Positions 11,322 through 25,100 of a DNA stretch of 64,000 nt are shown in pieces. A program made the translations under genes and the position numbers. A model generated the notes under the pieces. It saw only the letters and a program-made list of their open reading frames with translations. It was not told the DNA's origin and did no database searches. The DNA is taken from positions 1,054,001 through 1,118,000 of the forward strand of contig CM102283.1 of NCBI GenBank assembly GCA_046563655.1. Reading direction: 5' to 3'. How positions within the stretch are numbered: position 1 is the stretch's first letter; each line of letters starts with the position of its first letter. This DNA comes from Yuukianura sp. NJ FZ-2021 (lineage: Eukaryota).

Positions 11322-12052
11322 TTTTGAAGCATTTACAAAGCGGGAAAAAAACCGTTTTCATCGTAAGTTTAAGCCAGGTTCACACAAACTATGAATTGCA
11401 GGTGTCATTTTTTAAAATTTCGAAAATTATTCGCGAATTCACGAAAAAGTTAAATTTAGGGTTTTGTTTTTCAGAAAAACTATCAACCCTAATCTGTGAT
11501 TCTGGAAAATGCGACTAGTAGTGGCGTGGACGTAGAAAGTAACTATAGATTAGTTAATTTAACGTTTAAATTTACTTTAGCTGTGTTTAAGTACTTGAAA
11601 CTATTTGGAAGCAGGGGAGATTTATTTTACAGCAGAGTTTAAATTGTAAAATTGTAAAGTTTAGACACATCGAAAGTACATTTTGTATTCATATTTAATA
11701 ATCACCAATTTTAAGTACGATTAGCACTAATAAGCGAAATTTTTATCGAATTTGTAGTTGCATGATTAATATATTATGTAATTTTATTCAAAACATCTGC
11801 GCGACCCTTTAGGAAGAAGAAATTTTTCGGTTGATGAGCCATCTTCTTAACACACCACTTGTCACAACTACTGCCATGACATACATGGACAGATATTTTT
11901 TTTCTAGAAAACCAACTTTACACATTTTTGACAATTTTAGAACTTTTCGGAAATTAACGTTTCAATTTCATTTTTTATCGTGAGAACCGGGCTTAAACTT
12001 CAGATGAAAGCGGTTTTTATCCGCTCTTATCCGCTCTAGAAATGCTTCAAAA
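11322..12052. mobile_element. Degenerate inverted-repeat (MITE-like) segment
   Basis: TTTTGAAGCATTT...GTTTAAGCCAGGTTC is imperfectly complementary to GAACCGGGCTTAAAC...AAATGCTTCAAAA; no TSD recognised. Confidence 0.4.
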
Positions 12053-12057
12053 ATTTT

Positions 12058-13252
12058 GTAGGGCGATGCTCAAGGGTTGAGCATAGGTCTTCTGGAGGGA
12101 GTTGGCAATTGATACGGTTCTTACACCGGCTGTCCGCAAACGCAAGAAAAACGTTAAGAAACCGTTTTCACGAGATTTATGCAACAAAACGGCTCAAAAC
12201 TGGCTCATAATTTTCAGTGCGGATGTGGGGCGTTTTGATGTGCACAATTGCACTAAAATGTGAAAAACCGTTTGCATCAAAATGCTGTTCAAGGTTAGCT
12301 CAGATTTCACTCTCTTCAAAATTATTTGGCGCACAACATTTTTGCGTCAAATTATTCTCAAGTATGCACAAAATTAGAATGCCCTTAAATCTGTTCATGT
12401 AAATGCACAGTATAATCGGATGGTTGGGTTTAGGTTATAATCGGATGTATTCACCATTCTAAAAGATGTATGTTGAAAGATGTTCTCCAGTATGCACAAA
12501 TTTTGAAATAACCACGATCATTGCCCAGCATCAAAGTAACTGCGCAATTCGACATTTATGTGCATCTACTTATAAGTGTGCACAAAATTGAACGTCGAGG
12601 GGCAGGGGTCGAATATAGCTTCAAAATCGGTTCAAATACATGCACCATGTGTTAAATCAAAATATTTTTTAACAACGAAGTTTTGATCTGGTCATTTTCT
12701 GGCAGTATGTTTAATTACGTTGTTAAATTAAGACTGATCAGAGGGTAGAAAATCCGGCTTAAATGTTTAACATGTGAATAGTGCATAACAGGGGTCAAAT
12801 TTGCATTTACTAGAAATTTATATAATTTTGATTTTCACAAGCGATATTCAACCCCTCGCCCTTGCGTTCATTTTTGTGCATGATGCACATGTATTGCACA
12901 TCAATGCAAAATTGTGCAGTTCTTTTGACGCTGGGTAATGGACGTTGTGATGTCAAACATATTTGGGAACAAGTGTGCAGCAAAATAAATTTGAAGAGAT
13001 TGAAAACTGTTCAAAGTTGAACTTGAACAACATTTTGATGCAAACGGTTTTTTAACATTTTGGTGCAATTGTGCACAAAATGCCACACATCTGCACTGAA
13101 AATTATGAGCGATGTTTTGTTGCATAAATCTAGTAAAAACGGTTTCTTAACGTTTCTCTTCGACGGGTTTGCGGACACCCGGTCTAAAAGCCGTATCAAT
13201 TGTTCACTACCTCCAGAACACCTATGCTCAACCCTTGAGCCTCGCCCTACCG
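12058..13252. mobile_element. Two more HINE-family 3' ends in opposite orientations (minus at ~12058-12330, plus at ~12980-13252)
   Basis: ATGCTCAAGGGTTGAGCATAGGTCTTCTGGAG at 12066 and CTCCAGAACACCTATGCTCAACCCTTGAGC at 13212 match the terminus at 16056-16097. Confidence 0.75.
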
Positions 13253-13336
13253 CTCATATCAAAATGATGTTCAAAGTTGAACAACATTTTGATGCCGTTT
13301 GGTTTATGCTCACCCAATTCACCAAATTTTTCACCA

Positions 13337-14456
13337 AACGGGAATTTGATTTAAAGTCTAACGTACGCCTCTACTCTTACGTCCTCGGTTCCACTTGTTT
13401 CCAGTAGCAGTGCAGGTCTAAACCGCCTTTGTTGAGACTGGCTATTTTTTGGTACATCCTAATTGCATTTTAAGAAGCAATCGAACAATGCAATTTTGAC
13501 GCCACCGCTGCGTTGTTTCTAACACGCTTAGTCAGAGCATTGCGTCGTGCAATAATTTTTCGCTCGTAAATCGTTTGTTCGATTCCACTTTGTTATTCGA
13601 GTGTCACAACGGGAATTTGATTTAAGGTCTAACGGACACTTCTACTCTTACGTCCTCGGTTCCACTTGTTTCCAGTAGCAGTGCACGTCTAAACCGCCTT
13701 TGTTGAGACTGGCTATTTTTTGGTACCTCATAATTGCATTGGAAGAAGGCATCGAACAATGCGATTTTGACGCCACCGCTGCATTGTTTTTAACACGCTT
13801 AGTCAGAGCATTGCGTCGTGCAATAATTTTTCGCTCATAAATCGTTTATTCGATTCCACTTTGTTATTCGAGTGTCACAACGGGAATTTGATTTAAGGTC
13901 TAACGGACACTTCTACTCTTACGTCCTCGGTTCCACTTGTTTCCAGTAGCAGTGCAGGTCTAAACCGCCTTTGTTGAGACTGGCTATTTTTTGGTACATC
14001 CTAATTGCATTTTAAGAAGCAATCGAACAATGCAATTTTGACGCCACCGCTGCGTTGTTTCTAACACGCTTAGTCAGAGCATTGCGTCGTGCAATAATAT
14101 TTCGCTCGTAAATCGCTTGTTCGATTCCACTTTGTTATTCGAGTGTCACAACGGGAATTTGATTTAAGGTCTAGCGGACACTTCTACTCTTGCGTCCTCG
14201 GTTCCACTTGTTTCCAGTAGCAGTGCAGGTCTAAACCGCCTTTGTTGAGACTGGCTATTTTTTGGTACATCCTAATTGCATTTTAAGAAGCAATCGAACA
14301 ATGCAATTTTGACGCCACCGTTGCGTTGTTTCTAACACGCTTAGTCAGAGCATTGCGTCGTGCAATCATTTTTCGCTCGTAAATCGTTTGTTCGATTCCA
14401 CTTTGTTATTCGAATGTCACAACGGGAATTTGATTTAAGGTCTAACGGACACTTCT
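13337..14456. repeat. 271-bp tandem repeat, ~4.1 copies
   Basis: GGGAATTTGATTTAA at 13340, 13611, 13882, 14153, 14424. Confidence 0.96.
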
Positions 14457-15251
14457 TTTAAAGTCATATGTACACATTACACAGACATGAAATTCTCAGT
14501 AATATAACTTATGGTCCACAAAATAAAGAATTTTTAGAGACCTTGACCACCTCTCTATGTCATTCCTGTGAATTCTTATAAGACGTTAAATTTAATTAAT
14601 TTGAGGCGAATCGAGACCCCGTCATGGCTCATGGGTCCTTAAGGACGGCTTATTGTTGATTAATTTACACCAATCGTTTCCGTTAACAACTGGAAAATTG
14701 GTTTTTGTTTAACACCAGACGTCGGCATATTTGTTCATTTTCACTCAAATCCACCAGCGGTGATTCGTGGTATCTTTCGTTCAAACGTACAAACAGTTGC
14801 CGATGTCTTGGTGATTTCCGTCGATTCAAAATAAAACTTCCAGAATTTTTGGTCAGTTTGTAAAATGAGTGCCAGAGCACGCTAGGATTGACATAGAAAG
14901 ACGATTAATGGTATCAAAATTTGTGAAATTCGACTGCGGGGTTTTCAACGGTCTCAAAAGTTAGAAATTTCCACGTTGAAACCTAAAAAACAACGATTGT
15001 TCGCGACTACTTTTATTAGATCGGCTATAACTTTTAAACGGGTTAAAATATTTCAAATCCGAAACCGTTGAAAACCCCGCCACGCCCTTCCGCAAATTTT
15101 GATACCTTACCCAACGTTCTACGTTGATCCTACGATTTTTAACTGATTTTAGAAAATGGTGAATTTTCAGTAGTTATCAGACCTGTTGGTTGCCGAGCTA
15201 ACAGGACCTTAAAGCTCGTGTGTCTGTTTGTTTAGTTGCCTTGGATATCAT

Positions 15252-15718
15252 CAAGGCAACTAAACAAAAAGACACACGCGCTTTCTAAGGTAGTCTCACG
15301 AGCCGTTTTTTAATTGTTTTTTGCGAAAGTTATAGTGGGGTGGTATCCAGGGAGATTAATTTGTGCAAAAGTTGGTTGAGGTAACGATATGTGTTACTTG
15401 TAACCAGTGTTCGATATTTGGCACAAAATCAACTACTTGCCATTGAGTTGTAATGAATTTTTAGTAATTATAAGCGTAAAACTTGTATAATTCCATTTTC
15501 CAATCTTTAAACCGATCTAAACTGCAGGTCTGATGATTGGTTACAACGGATGGTTACAATGGATAAATTTACTTTGTTGTCCAACCGAACTAAAACGTTG
15601 TCACAGAAAGTAAAAAAACAAACAATCCACCCCACTATAACTTTCGCAAAAAACAATTAAAAAACGGCTCGTGAGACTACCTTAGTAATACAATGTGTCT
15701 TTTTGTTTAGTTGCCTTG
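15252..15718. mobile_element. MITE with ~90-bp TIRs (CAAGGCAACTAAAC...) and 8-bp TSD GATATCAT (P- or hAT-like)
   Basis: TSD at 15244-15251 and 15719-15726; an empty homologous site is present at 10767-10774. Confidence 0.85.
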
Positions 15719-16155
15719 GATATCATTATTTTGATGCCGTTTGGTTTATGCTCTTTTTGCTAATAGTACATTGCCATGGCAACACCGACAATGCATTATG
15801 TGCATCTTGCTCAACAAATTAAGAACATAAATTTAGTGCAAATATTTTGAGGTTCAAAACTGGAACATGATTTTTGTGCAATTAAATGGTGGAATTGCCA
15901 ACCCAGTTTTGGTGCAACTCATGCACAAAATAGGACCTCACATCCGCACTAAAAATTTTGAGCGTCGTTTTGGTGCAGCTACTCTATGAAAACGGCTTCT
16001 CAGTTGTTCTTCAGTTTTGACGCAGGCCGGTTTAAGTCGCATCAATTGTCAACTCTCTCCAGAAGACCTATGCTCAACCCTTGAGCATCACCCTACCTTG
16101 TTTACACTTTGAATTTGGCGCTTTCCACTTGAGAAGCGTCTCAAATGCCAAAACA

Positions 16156-19100
16156 GAGACATAACAGCATTACCAACTTGGCGCTTTACAAATTCCGTTG
16201 TGCAAAAATTTTTTTCAATACAAGTTTGAGGACCATGTCCTGTGCCACTTCGCTGTTATAATTTGAGTTCCACATGTCACCACATGCCTGTATTTTCAGG
16301 ATTATGAGACTGACCAACAATGGAAAACCGCCCATATATGCCTGAAATGAGACATAACTGCATTACCAACTTGGCGCTTTACAAATTCCTCTGTGCATAA
16401 ATTTTTTTCAATACAAGTTTGAGGACCATGTCCTGTGCCACTTCGCTGTTATAATTTGAGCTCCACATGTCACCACATGCCTGTATTTTCAGGATTATGA
16501 GACTGACCAACAATGGAAAACCGCCCATATATGCCTGAAATGAGGCATAACTGCATTACCAACTTGGCGCTTTACAAATTCCTTTGTGCATAAATTTTTT
16601 TCAATACAAGTTTGAGGACCATGTCCTGTGCCACTTCGCTGTTATAATTTGAGTTCCAGATGTCACCACATGCCTGTATTTTCAGGATTATGAGACTGAC
16701 CAACAATGGAAAACCGCCTATATATGCCTGAAATGAGACATAACTGCATTACCAACTTGGCGCTTTACAAATTCCGTTGTGCATAAATTTTTTCAATACA
16801 AGTTTGAGGACCATGTCCTGTGCCACTTCGCTGTTATAATTTGAGTTGCAGATGTCACCACATGCCTGTATTTTCAGGATTATGAGACTGACCAACAATT
16901 GAAAACCGCCCATATATGCCTGAAATGAGACATAACTGCATTACCAACTTGGCGCTTTACAAATTCCGTTGTGCATAAATTTTTTCAATACAAGTTTGAG
17001 GACCATGTCCTGTGCCACTTCGCTGTTATAATTTGAGTTCCACGTGTCACCACATGCCTGTATTTTCAGGATTATGAGACTGACCAACAATTGAGAACCG
17101 CCCATATATGCCTGAAATGAGACATAACAGCATTACCAACTTGGCGCTTTACAAATTCCTCTGTGCATAAATTTTTTTCAATACAAGTTTGAGGACCATG
17201 TTCTGTGCCACTTCGCTGTTATAATTTGAGTTCCAGATGTCACCACATGCCTGTATTTTCAGGATTATGAGACTGACCAACAATTGAAAACCGCCCATAT
17301 ATGCCTGAAATGAGACATAACTGCATTACCAACTTGGCGCTTTACAAATTCCTCTGTGCATAAATTTTTTTCAATACAAGTTTGAGGACCATGTCCTGTG
17401 CCACTTCGCTGTTATAATTTGAGTTCCACATGTCACCACATGCCTGTATTTTCAGGATTATGAGACTGACCAACAATGGAAAACCGCCCATATATGCCTG
17501 AAATGAGGCATAACTGCATTACCAACTTGGCGCTTTACAAATTCCTTTGTGCATAAATTTTTTTCAATACAAGTTTGAGGACCATGTCCTGTGCCACTTC
17601 GCTGTTATAATTTGAGTTGCAGATGTCACCACATGCTTGTATTTTCAGGATTATGAGACTAACCAAGAATTGAAAACCGCCCATATATGCCTGAAATGAG
17701 ACATAACTGCATTACCAACTTGGCGCTTTACAAATTCCTCTGTGCATAAATTTTTTTCAATACAAGTTTGAGGACCATGTCCTGTGCCACTTCGCTGTTA
17801 TAATTTGAGTTCCAGATGTCACCACATGCCTGTATTTTCAGGATTATGAGACTGACCAACAATGGAAAACCGCCCATATATGCCTGAAATGAGACATAAC
17901 TGCATTACCAACTTGGCGCTTTACAAATGCCTCTGTGCATAAATTTTTTTCAATACAAGTTTGAGGACCATGTCCTGTGCCACTTCGCTGTTATAATTTG
18001 AGTTCCAGATGTCACCACATGCCTGTATTTTCAGGATTATGACACTGACCAACAATGGAAAACCGCCCATATATGCCTGAAATGAGACATAACTGCATTA
18101 CCAACTTGGCGCTTTACAAATTCCTTTGTGCATAAATTTTTTTCAATACAAGTTTGAGGACCATGTCCTGTGCCACTTCGCTGTTATAATTTGAGTTGCA
18201 CATGTCACCACATGCCTGTATTTTCAGGATTATGAGACTGACCAACAATTGAAAACCGCCCATATATGCCTGAAATGAGACATAACTGCATTACCAACTT
18301 GGCGCTTTATAAATTCCTCTGTGCATAATTTTTTTTCAATACAAGTTTGAGGACCATGTCCTGTGCCACTTCGCTGTTATAATTTGAGTTCCAGATGTCA
18401 CCACATGCCTGTATTTTCAGGATTATGAGACTGACCAACAATGGAAAACCGCCTATATATGCCTGAAATGAGACATAACTGCATTACCAACTTGGCGCTT
18501 TACAAATTCCTCTGTGCATAAATTTTTTTCAATACAAGTTTGAGGACCATGTCCTGTGCCACTTCGCTGTTATAATTTGAGTTCCACATGTCACCACATG
18601 CCTGTATTTTCAGGATTATGAGACTGACCAACAATGGAAAACCGCCCATATATGCCTGAAATGAGACATAACTGCATTACCAACTTGGCGCTTTACAAAT
18701 TCCTCTGTGCATAAATTTTTTTCAATACAAGTTTGAGGACCATGTCCTGTGCCACTTCGCTGTTATAATTTGAGTTCCACATGTCACCACATGCCTGTAT
18801 TTTCAGGATTATGAGACTGACCAACAATGGAAAACCGCCCATATATACCTGAAATGAGGCATAACTGCATTACCAACTTGGCGCTTTACAAATTCCTTTG
18901 TGCATAAATTTTTTTCAATACAAGTTTGAGGACCATGTCCTGTGCCACTTCGCTGTTATAATTTGAGTTCCAGATGTCACCACATGCCTGTATTTTCAGG
19001 ATTATGAGACTGACCAACAATGGAAAACCGCCTATATATGCCTGAAATGAGACATAACTGCATTACCAACTTGGCGCTTTACAAATTCCGTTGTGCATAA

Positions 19101-22100
19101 ATTTTTTTCAATACAAGTTTGAGGACCATGTCCTGTGCCACTTCGCTGTTATAATTTGAGTTGCAGATGTCACCACATGCCTGTATTTTCAGGATTATGA
19201 GACTGACCAACAATTGAAAACCGCCCATATATGCCTGAAATGAGACATAACTGCATTACCAACTTGGCGCTTTACAAATTCCGTTGTGCATAAATTTTTT
19301 TCAATACAAGTTTGAGGACCATGTCCTGTGCCACTTCGCTGTTATAATTTGAGTTCCACGTGTCACCACATGCCTGTATTTTCAGGATTATGAGACTGAC
19401 CAACAATTGAAAACCGCCCATATATGCCTGAAATGAGACATAACTGCATTACCAACTTGGCGCTTTACAAATTCCTCTGTGCATAAATTTTTTTCAATAC
19501 AAGTTTGAGGACCATGTTCTGTGCCACTTCGCTGTTATAATTTGAGTTCCAGATGTCACCACATGCTTGTATTTTCAGGATTATGAGACTAACCAAGAAT
19601 TGAAAACCGCCCATATATGCCTGAAATGAGACATAACTGCATTACCAACTTGGCGCTTTACAAATTCCTCTGTGCATAAATTTTTTTCAATACAAGTTTG
19701 AGGACCATGTCCTGTGCCACTTCGCTGTTATAATTTGAGTTCCAGATGTCACCACATGCCTGTATTTTCAGGATTATGAGACTGACCAACAATGGAAAAC
19801 CGCCCATATATGCCTGAAATGAGACATAACTGCATTACCAACTTGGCGCTTTACAAATGCCTCTGTGCATAAATTTTTTCAATACAAGTTTGAGGACCAT
19901 GTCCTGTGCCACTTCGCTGTTATAATTTGAGTTCCAGATGTCACCACATGCCTGTATTTTCAGGATTATGACACTGACCAACAATGGAAAACCGCCCATA
20001 TATGCCTGAAATGAGACATAACTGCATTACCAACTTGGCGCTTTACAAATTCCTTTGTGCATAAATTTTTTTCAATACAAGTTTGAGGACCATGTCCTGT
20101 GCCACTTCGCTGTTATAATTTGAGTTGCACATGTCACCACATGCCTGTATTTTCAGGATTATGAGACTGACCAACAATTGAAAACCGCCCATATATGCCT
20201 GAAATGAGACATAACTGCATTACCAACTTGGCGCTTTATAAATTCCTCTGTGCATAATTTTTTTTTCAATACAAGTTTGAGGACCATGTCCTGTGCCACT
20301 TCGCTGTTATAATTTGAGTTCCAGATGTCACCACATGCCTGTATTTTCAGGATTATGAGACTGACCAACAATGGAAAACCGCCCATATATGCCTGAAATG
20401 AGACATAACTGCATTACCAACTTGGCGCTTTACAAATTCCTCTGTGCATAAATTTTTTTCAATACAAGTTTGAGGACCATGTCCTGTGCCACTTCGCTGT
20501 TATAATTTGAGTTCCACATGTCACCACATGCCTGTATTTTCAGGATTATGAGACTGACCAACAATGGAAAACCGCCCATATATGCCTGAAATGAGACATA
20601 ACTGCATTACCAACTTGGCGCTTTACAAATTCCTCTGTGCATAAATTTTTTTCAATACAAGTTTGAGGACCATGTCCTGTGCCACTTCGCTGTTATAATT
20701 TGAGTTCCACATGTCACCACATGCCTGTATTTTCAGGATTATGAGACTGACCAACAATGGAAAACCGCCCATATATGCCTGAAATGAGGCATAACTGCAT
20801 TACCAACTTGGCGCTTTACAAATTCCTTTGTGCATAAATTTTTTTCAATACAAGTTTGAGGACCATGTCCTGTGCCACTTCGCTGTTATAATTTGAGTTC
20901 CAGATGTCACCACATGCCTGTATTTTCAGGATTATGAGACTGACCAACAATGGAAAACCGCCTATATATGCCTGAAATGAGACATAACTGCATTACCAAC
21001 TTGGCGCTTTACAAATTCCGTTGTGCATAAATTTTTTCAATACAAGTTTGAGGACCATGTCCTGTGCCACTTCGCTGTTATAATTTGAGTTGCAGATGTC
21101 ACCACATGCCTGTATTTTCAGGATTATGAGACTGACCAACAATTGAAAACCGCCCATATATGCCTGAAATGAGACATAACTGCATTACCAACTTGGCGCT
21201 TTACAAATTCCGTTGTGCATAAATTTTTTTCAATACAAGTTTGAGGACCATGTCCTGTGCCACTTCGCTGTTATAATTTGAGTTCCACGTGTCACCACAT
21301 GCCTGTATTTTCAGGATTATGAGACTGACCAACAATTGAGAACCGCCCATATATGCCTGAAATGAGACATAACTGCATTACCAACTTGGCGCTTTACAAA
21401 TTCCTCTGTGCATAAATTTTTTTCAATACAAGTTTGAGGACCATGTTCTGTGCCACTTCGCTGTTATAATTTGAGTTCCAGATGTCACCACATGCCTGTA
21501 TTTTCAGGATTATGAGACTGACCAACAATTGAAAACCGCCCATATATGCCTGAAATGAGACATAACTGCATTACCAACTTGGCGCTTTACAAATTCCTCT
21601 GTGCATAAATTTTTTCAATACAAGTTTGAGGACCATGTCCTGTGCCACTTCGCTGTTATAATTTGAGTTCCACATGTCACCACATGCCTGTATTTTCAGG
21701 ATTATGAGACTGACCAACAATGGAAAACCGCCCATATATGCCTGAAATGAGGCATAACTGCATTACCAACTTGGCGCTTTACAAATTCCTTTGTGCATAA
21801 ATTTTTTTCAATACAAGTTTGAGGACCATGTCCTGTGCCACTTCGCTGTTATAATTTGAGTTGCAGATGTCACCACATGCCTGTATTTTCAGGATTATGA
21901 GACTGACCAACAATTGAAAACCGCCCATATATGCCTGAAATGAGACATAACTGCATTACCAACTTGGCGCTTTACAAATTCCTCTGTGCATAAATTTTTT
22001 CAATACAAGTTTGAGGACCATGTCCTGTGCCACTTCGCTGTTATAATTTGAGTTCCAGATGTCACCACATGCCTGTATTTTCAGGATTATGAGACTGACC

Positions 22101-25100
22101 AACAATGGAAAACCGCCCATATATGCCTGAAATGAGACATAACTGCATTACCAACTTGGCGCTTTACAAATGCCTCTGTGCATAAATTTTTTCAATACAA
22201 GTTTGAGGACCATGTCCTGTGCCACTTCGCTGTTATAATTTGAGTTCCAGATGTCACCACATGCCTGTATTTTCAGGATTATGACACTGACCAACAATGG
22301 AAAACCGCCCATATATGCCTGAAATGAGACATAACTGCATTACCAACTTGGCGCTTTACAAATTCCATTGTGCATAAATTTTTTCAATACAAGTTTGAGG
22401 ACCATGTCCTGTGCCACTTCGCTGTTATAATTTGAGTTGCACATGTCACCACATGCCTGTATTTTCAGGATTATGAGACTGACCAACAATTGAAAACCGC
22501 CCATATATGCCTGAAATGAGACATAACTGCATTACCAACTTGGCGCTTTATAAATTCCTCTGTGCATAATTTTTTTTCAATACAAGTTTGAGGACCATGT
22601 CCTGTGCCACTTCGCTGTTATAATTTGAGTTCCACATGTCACCACATGCCTGTATTTTCAGGATTATGAGACTGACCAACAATGGAAAACCGCCCATATA
22701 TGCCTGAAATGAGACATAACTGCATTACCAACTTGGCGCTTTACAAATTCCTCTGTGCATAAATTTTTTTCAATACAAGTTTGAGGACCATGTCCTGTGC
22801 CACTTCGCTGTTATAATTTGAGTTCCACATGTCACCACATGCCTGTATTTTCAGGATTATGAGACTGACCAACAATGGAAAACCGCCCATATATGCCTGA
22901 AATGAGGCATAACTGCATTACCAACTTGGCGCTTTACAAATTCCTTTGTGCATAAATTTTTTTCAATACAAGTTTGAGGACCATGTCCTGTGCCACCTCG
23001 CTGTTATAATTTGAGTTGCAGATGTCACCACATGCCTGTATTTTCAGGATTATGAGACTAACCAACAATTGAAAACCGCCCATATATGCCTGAAATGAGA
23101 CATAACTGCATTACCAACTTGGCGCTTTACAAATTTGCCTGTGCATAAATTTTTTCAATACAAGTTTGAGGACCATGTCCTGTGCCACTTCGCTGTTATA
23201 ATTTGAGTTCCAGATGTCACCACATGCCTGTATTTTCAGGATTATGAGACTGACCAACAATGGAAAACCGCCTATATATGCCTGAAATGAGACATAACTG
23301 CATTACCAACTTGGCGCTTTACAAATTCCTCTGTGCATAAATTTTTTCAATACAAGTTTGAGGACCATGTCCTGTGCCACTTCGCTGTTATAATTTGAGT
23401 TGCAGATGTCACCACATGCCTGTATTTTCAGGATTATGAGACTGACCAACAATTGAAAACCGCCCATATATGCCTGAAATGAGACATAACTGCATTACCA
23501 ACTTGGCGCTTTACAAATTTGCCTGTGCATAAATTTTTTCAATACAAGTTTGAGGACCATGTCCTGTGCCACTTCGCTGTTATAATTTGAGTTCCAGATG
23601 TCACCACATGCCTGTATTTTCAGGATTATGAGACTGACCAACAATTGAAAACCGCCTATATATGCCTGAAATGAGACATAACTGCATTATCAACTTGGCG
23701 CTTTACAAATTCCTTTGTGCATAAATTTTTTTCAATACAAGTTTGAGGACCATGTCCTGTGCCACTTCGCTGTTATAATTTGAGTTGCACATGTCACCAC
23801 ATGCCTGTATTTTCAGGATTATGAGACTGACCAACAATTGAAAACCGCCCATATATGCCTGAAATGAGACATAACTGCATTACCAACTTGGCGCTTTATA
23901 AATTCCTCTGCGCATAATTTTTTTTCAATACAAGTTTGAGGACCATGTCCTGTGCCACTTCGCTGTTATAATTTGAGTTCCAGATGTCACCACATGCCTG
24001 TATTTTCAGGATTATGAGACTGACCAACAATGGAAAACCGCCCATATATGCCTGAAATGAGACATAACTGCGTTACCAACTTGGCGCTTTACAAATTCCG
24101 TTGTGCAAAAAATTTTTTCAATACAAGTTTGAGGACCATGTCCTGTGCCACTTCGCTGTTATAATTTGAGTTCCAGATGTCACCACATGCCTGTATTTTC
24201 AGGATTATGAGACTGACCAACAATGGAAAACCGCCCTTATATGCCTGAAATGAGACATAACTGCATTACCAACTTGGCGCTTTACAAATTCCTCTGTGCA
24301 TAAATTTTTTCAATACAAGTTTGAGGACCATGTCCTGTGCCACTTCGCTGTTATAATTTGAGTTCCACATGTCACCACATGCCTGTATTTTCAGGATTAT
24401 GAGACTGACCAACAATGGAAAACCGCCCATATATGCCTGAAATGAGGCATAACTGCATTACCAACTTGGCGCTTTACAAATTCCTTTGTGCATAAATTTT
24501 TTTCAATACAAGTTTGAGGACCATGTCCTGTGCCACTTCGCTGTTATAATTTGAGTTCCACGTGTCACCACATGCCTGTATTTTCAGGATTATGAGACTG
24601 ACCAACAATTGAAAACCGCCCATATATGCCTGAAATGAGGCATAACTGCATTACCAACTTGGCGCTTTACAAATTCCGTTGTGCATAAATTTTTTTCAAT
24701 ACAAGTTTGAGGAATATGTCCTGTGCCACTTCGCTGTTATAATTTGAGTTCCAGATGTCACCACATGCCTGTATTTTCAGGATTATGAGACTGACCAACA
24801 ATGGAAAACCGCCTATATATGCCTGAAATGAGACATAACTGCATTACCAACTTGGCGCTTTATAAATTCCTCTGCGCATAATTTTTTTTCAATACAAGTT
24901 TGAGGACCATGTCCTGTGCCACTTCGCTGTTATAATTTGAGTTCCAGATGTCACCACATGCCTGTATTTTCAGGATTATGAGACTGACCAACAATGGAAA
25001 ACCGCCCATATATGCCTGAAATGAGACATAACTGCGTTACCAACTTGGCGCTTTACAAATTCCGTTGTGCAAAAAATTTTTTCAATACAAGTTTGAGGAC

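Larger units (their letters stand above)
10261..16100 (+). mobile_element. Composite non-autonomous Helentron (HINE/DINE-1-like) element, ~5.8 kb
   Basis: Inserted in a T-run with no clear TSD; 12-bp subterminal IR GTCTTCTGGAGA (10262-10273) / TCTCCAGAAGAC (16056-16067); GTCT/GTCC microsatellite near 10317; 3' hairpin ATGCTCAA-CCC-TTGAGCAT (16070-16088). Confidence 0.8.
3766..16155 (-). mobile_element. BEL/Pao LTR retrotransposon inserted in the satellite (5' LTR interrupted by a nested element)
   Basis: gag-PR-RT-RH-IN order; LTR copies at 3766-3992 and 10037-10260 + 16101-16155; PBS 10019-10036; PPT 3993-4001; satellite resumes at GAGAC 16156. Confidence 0.95.
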
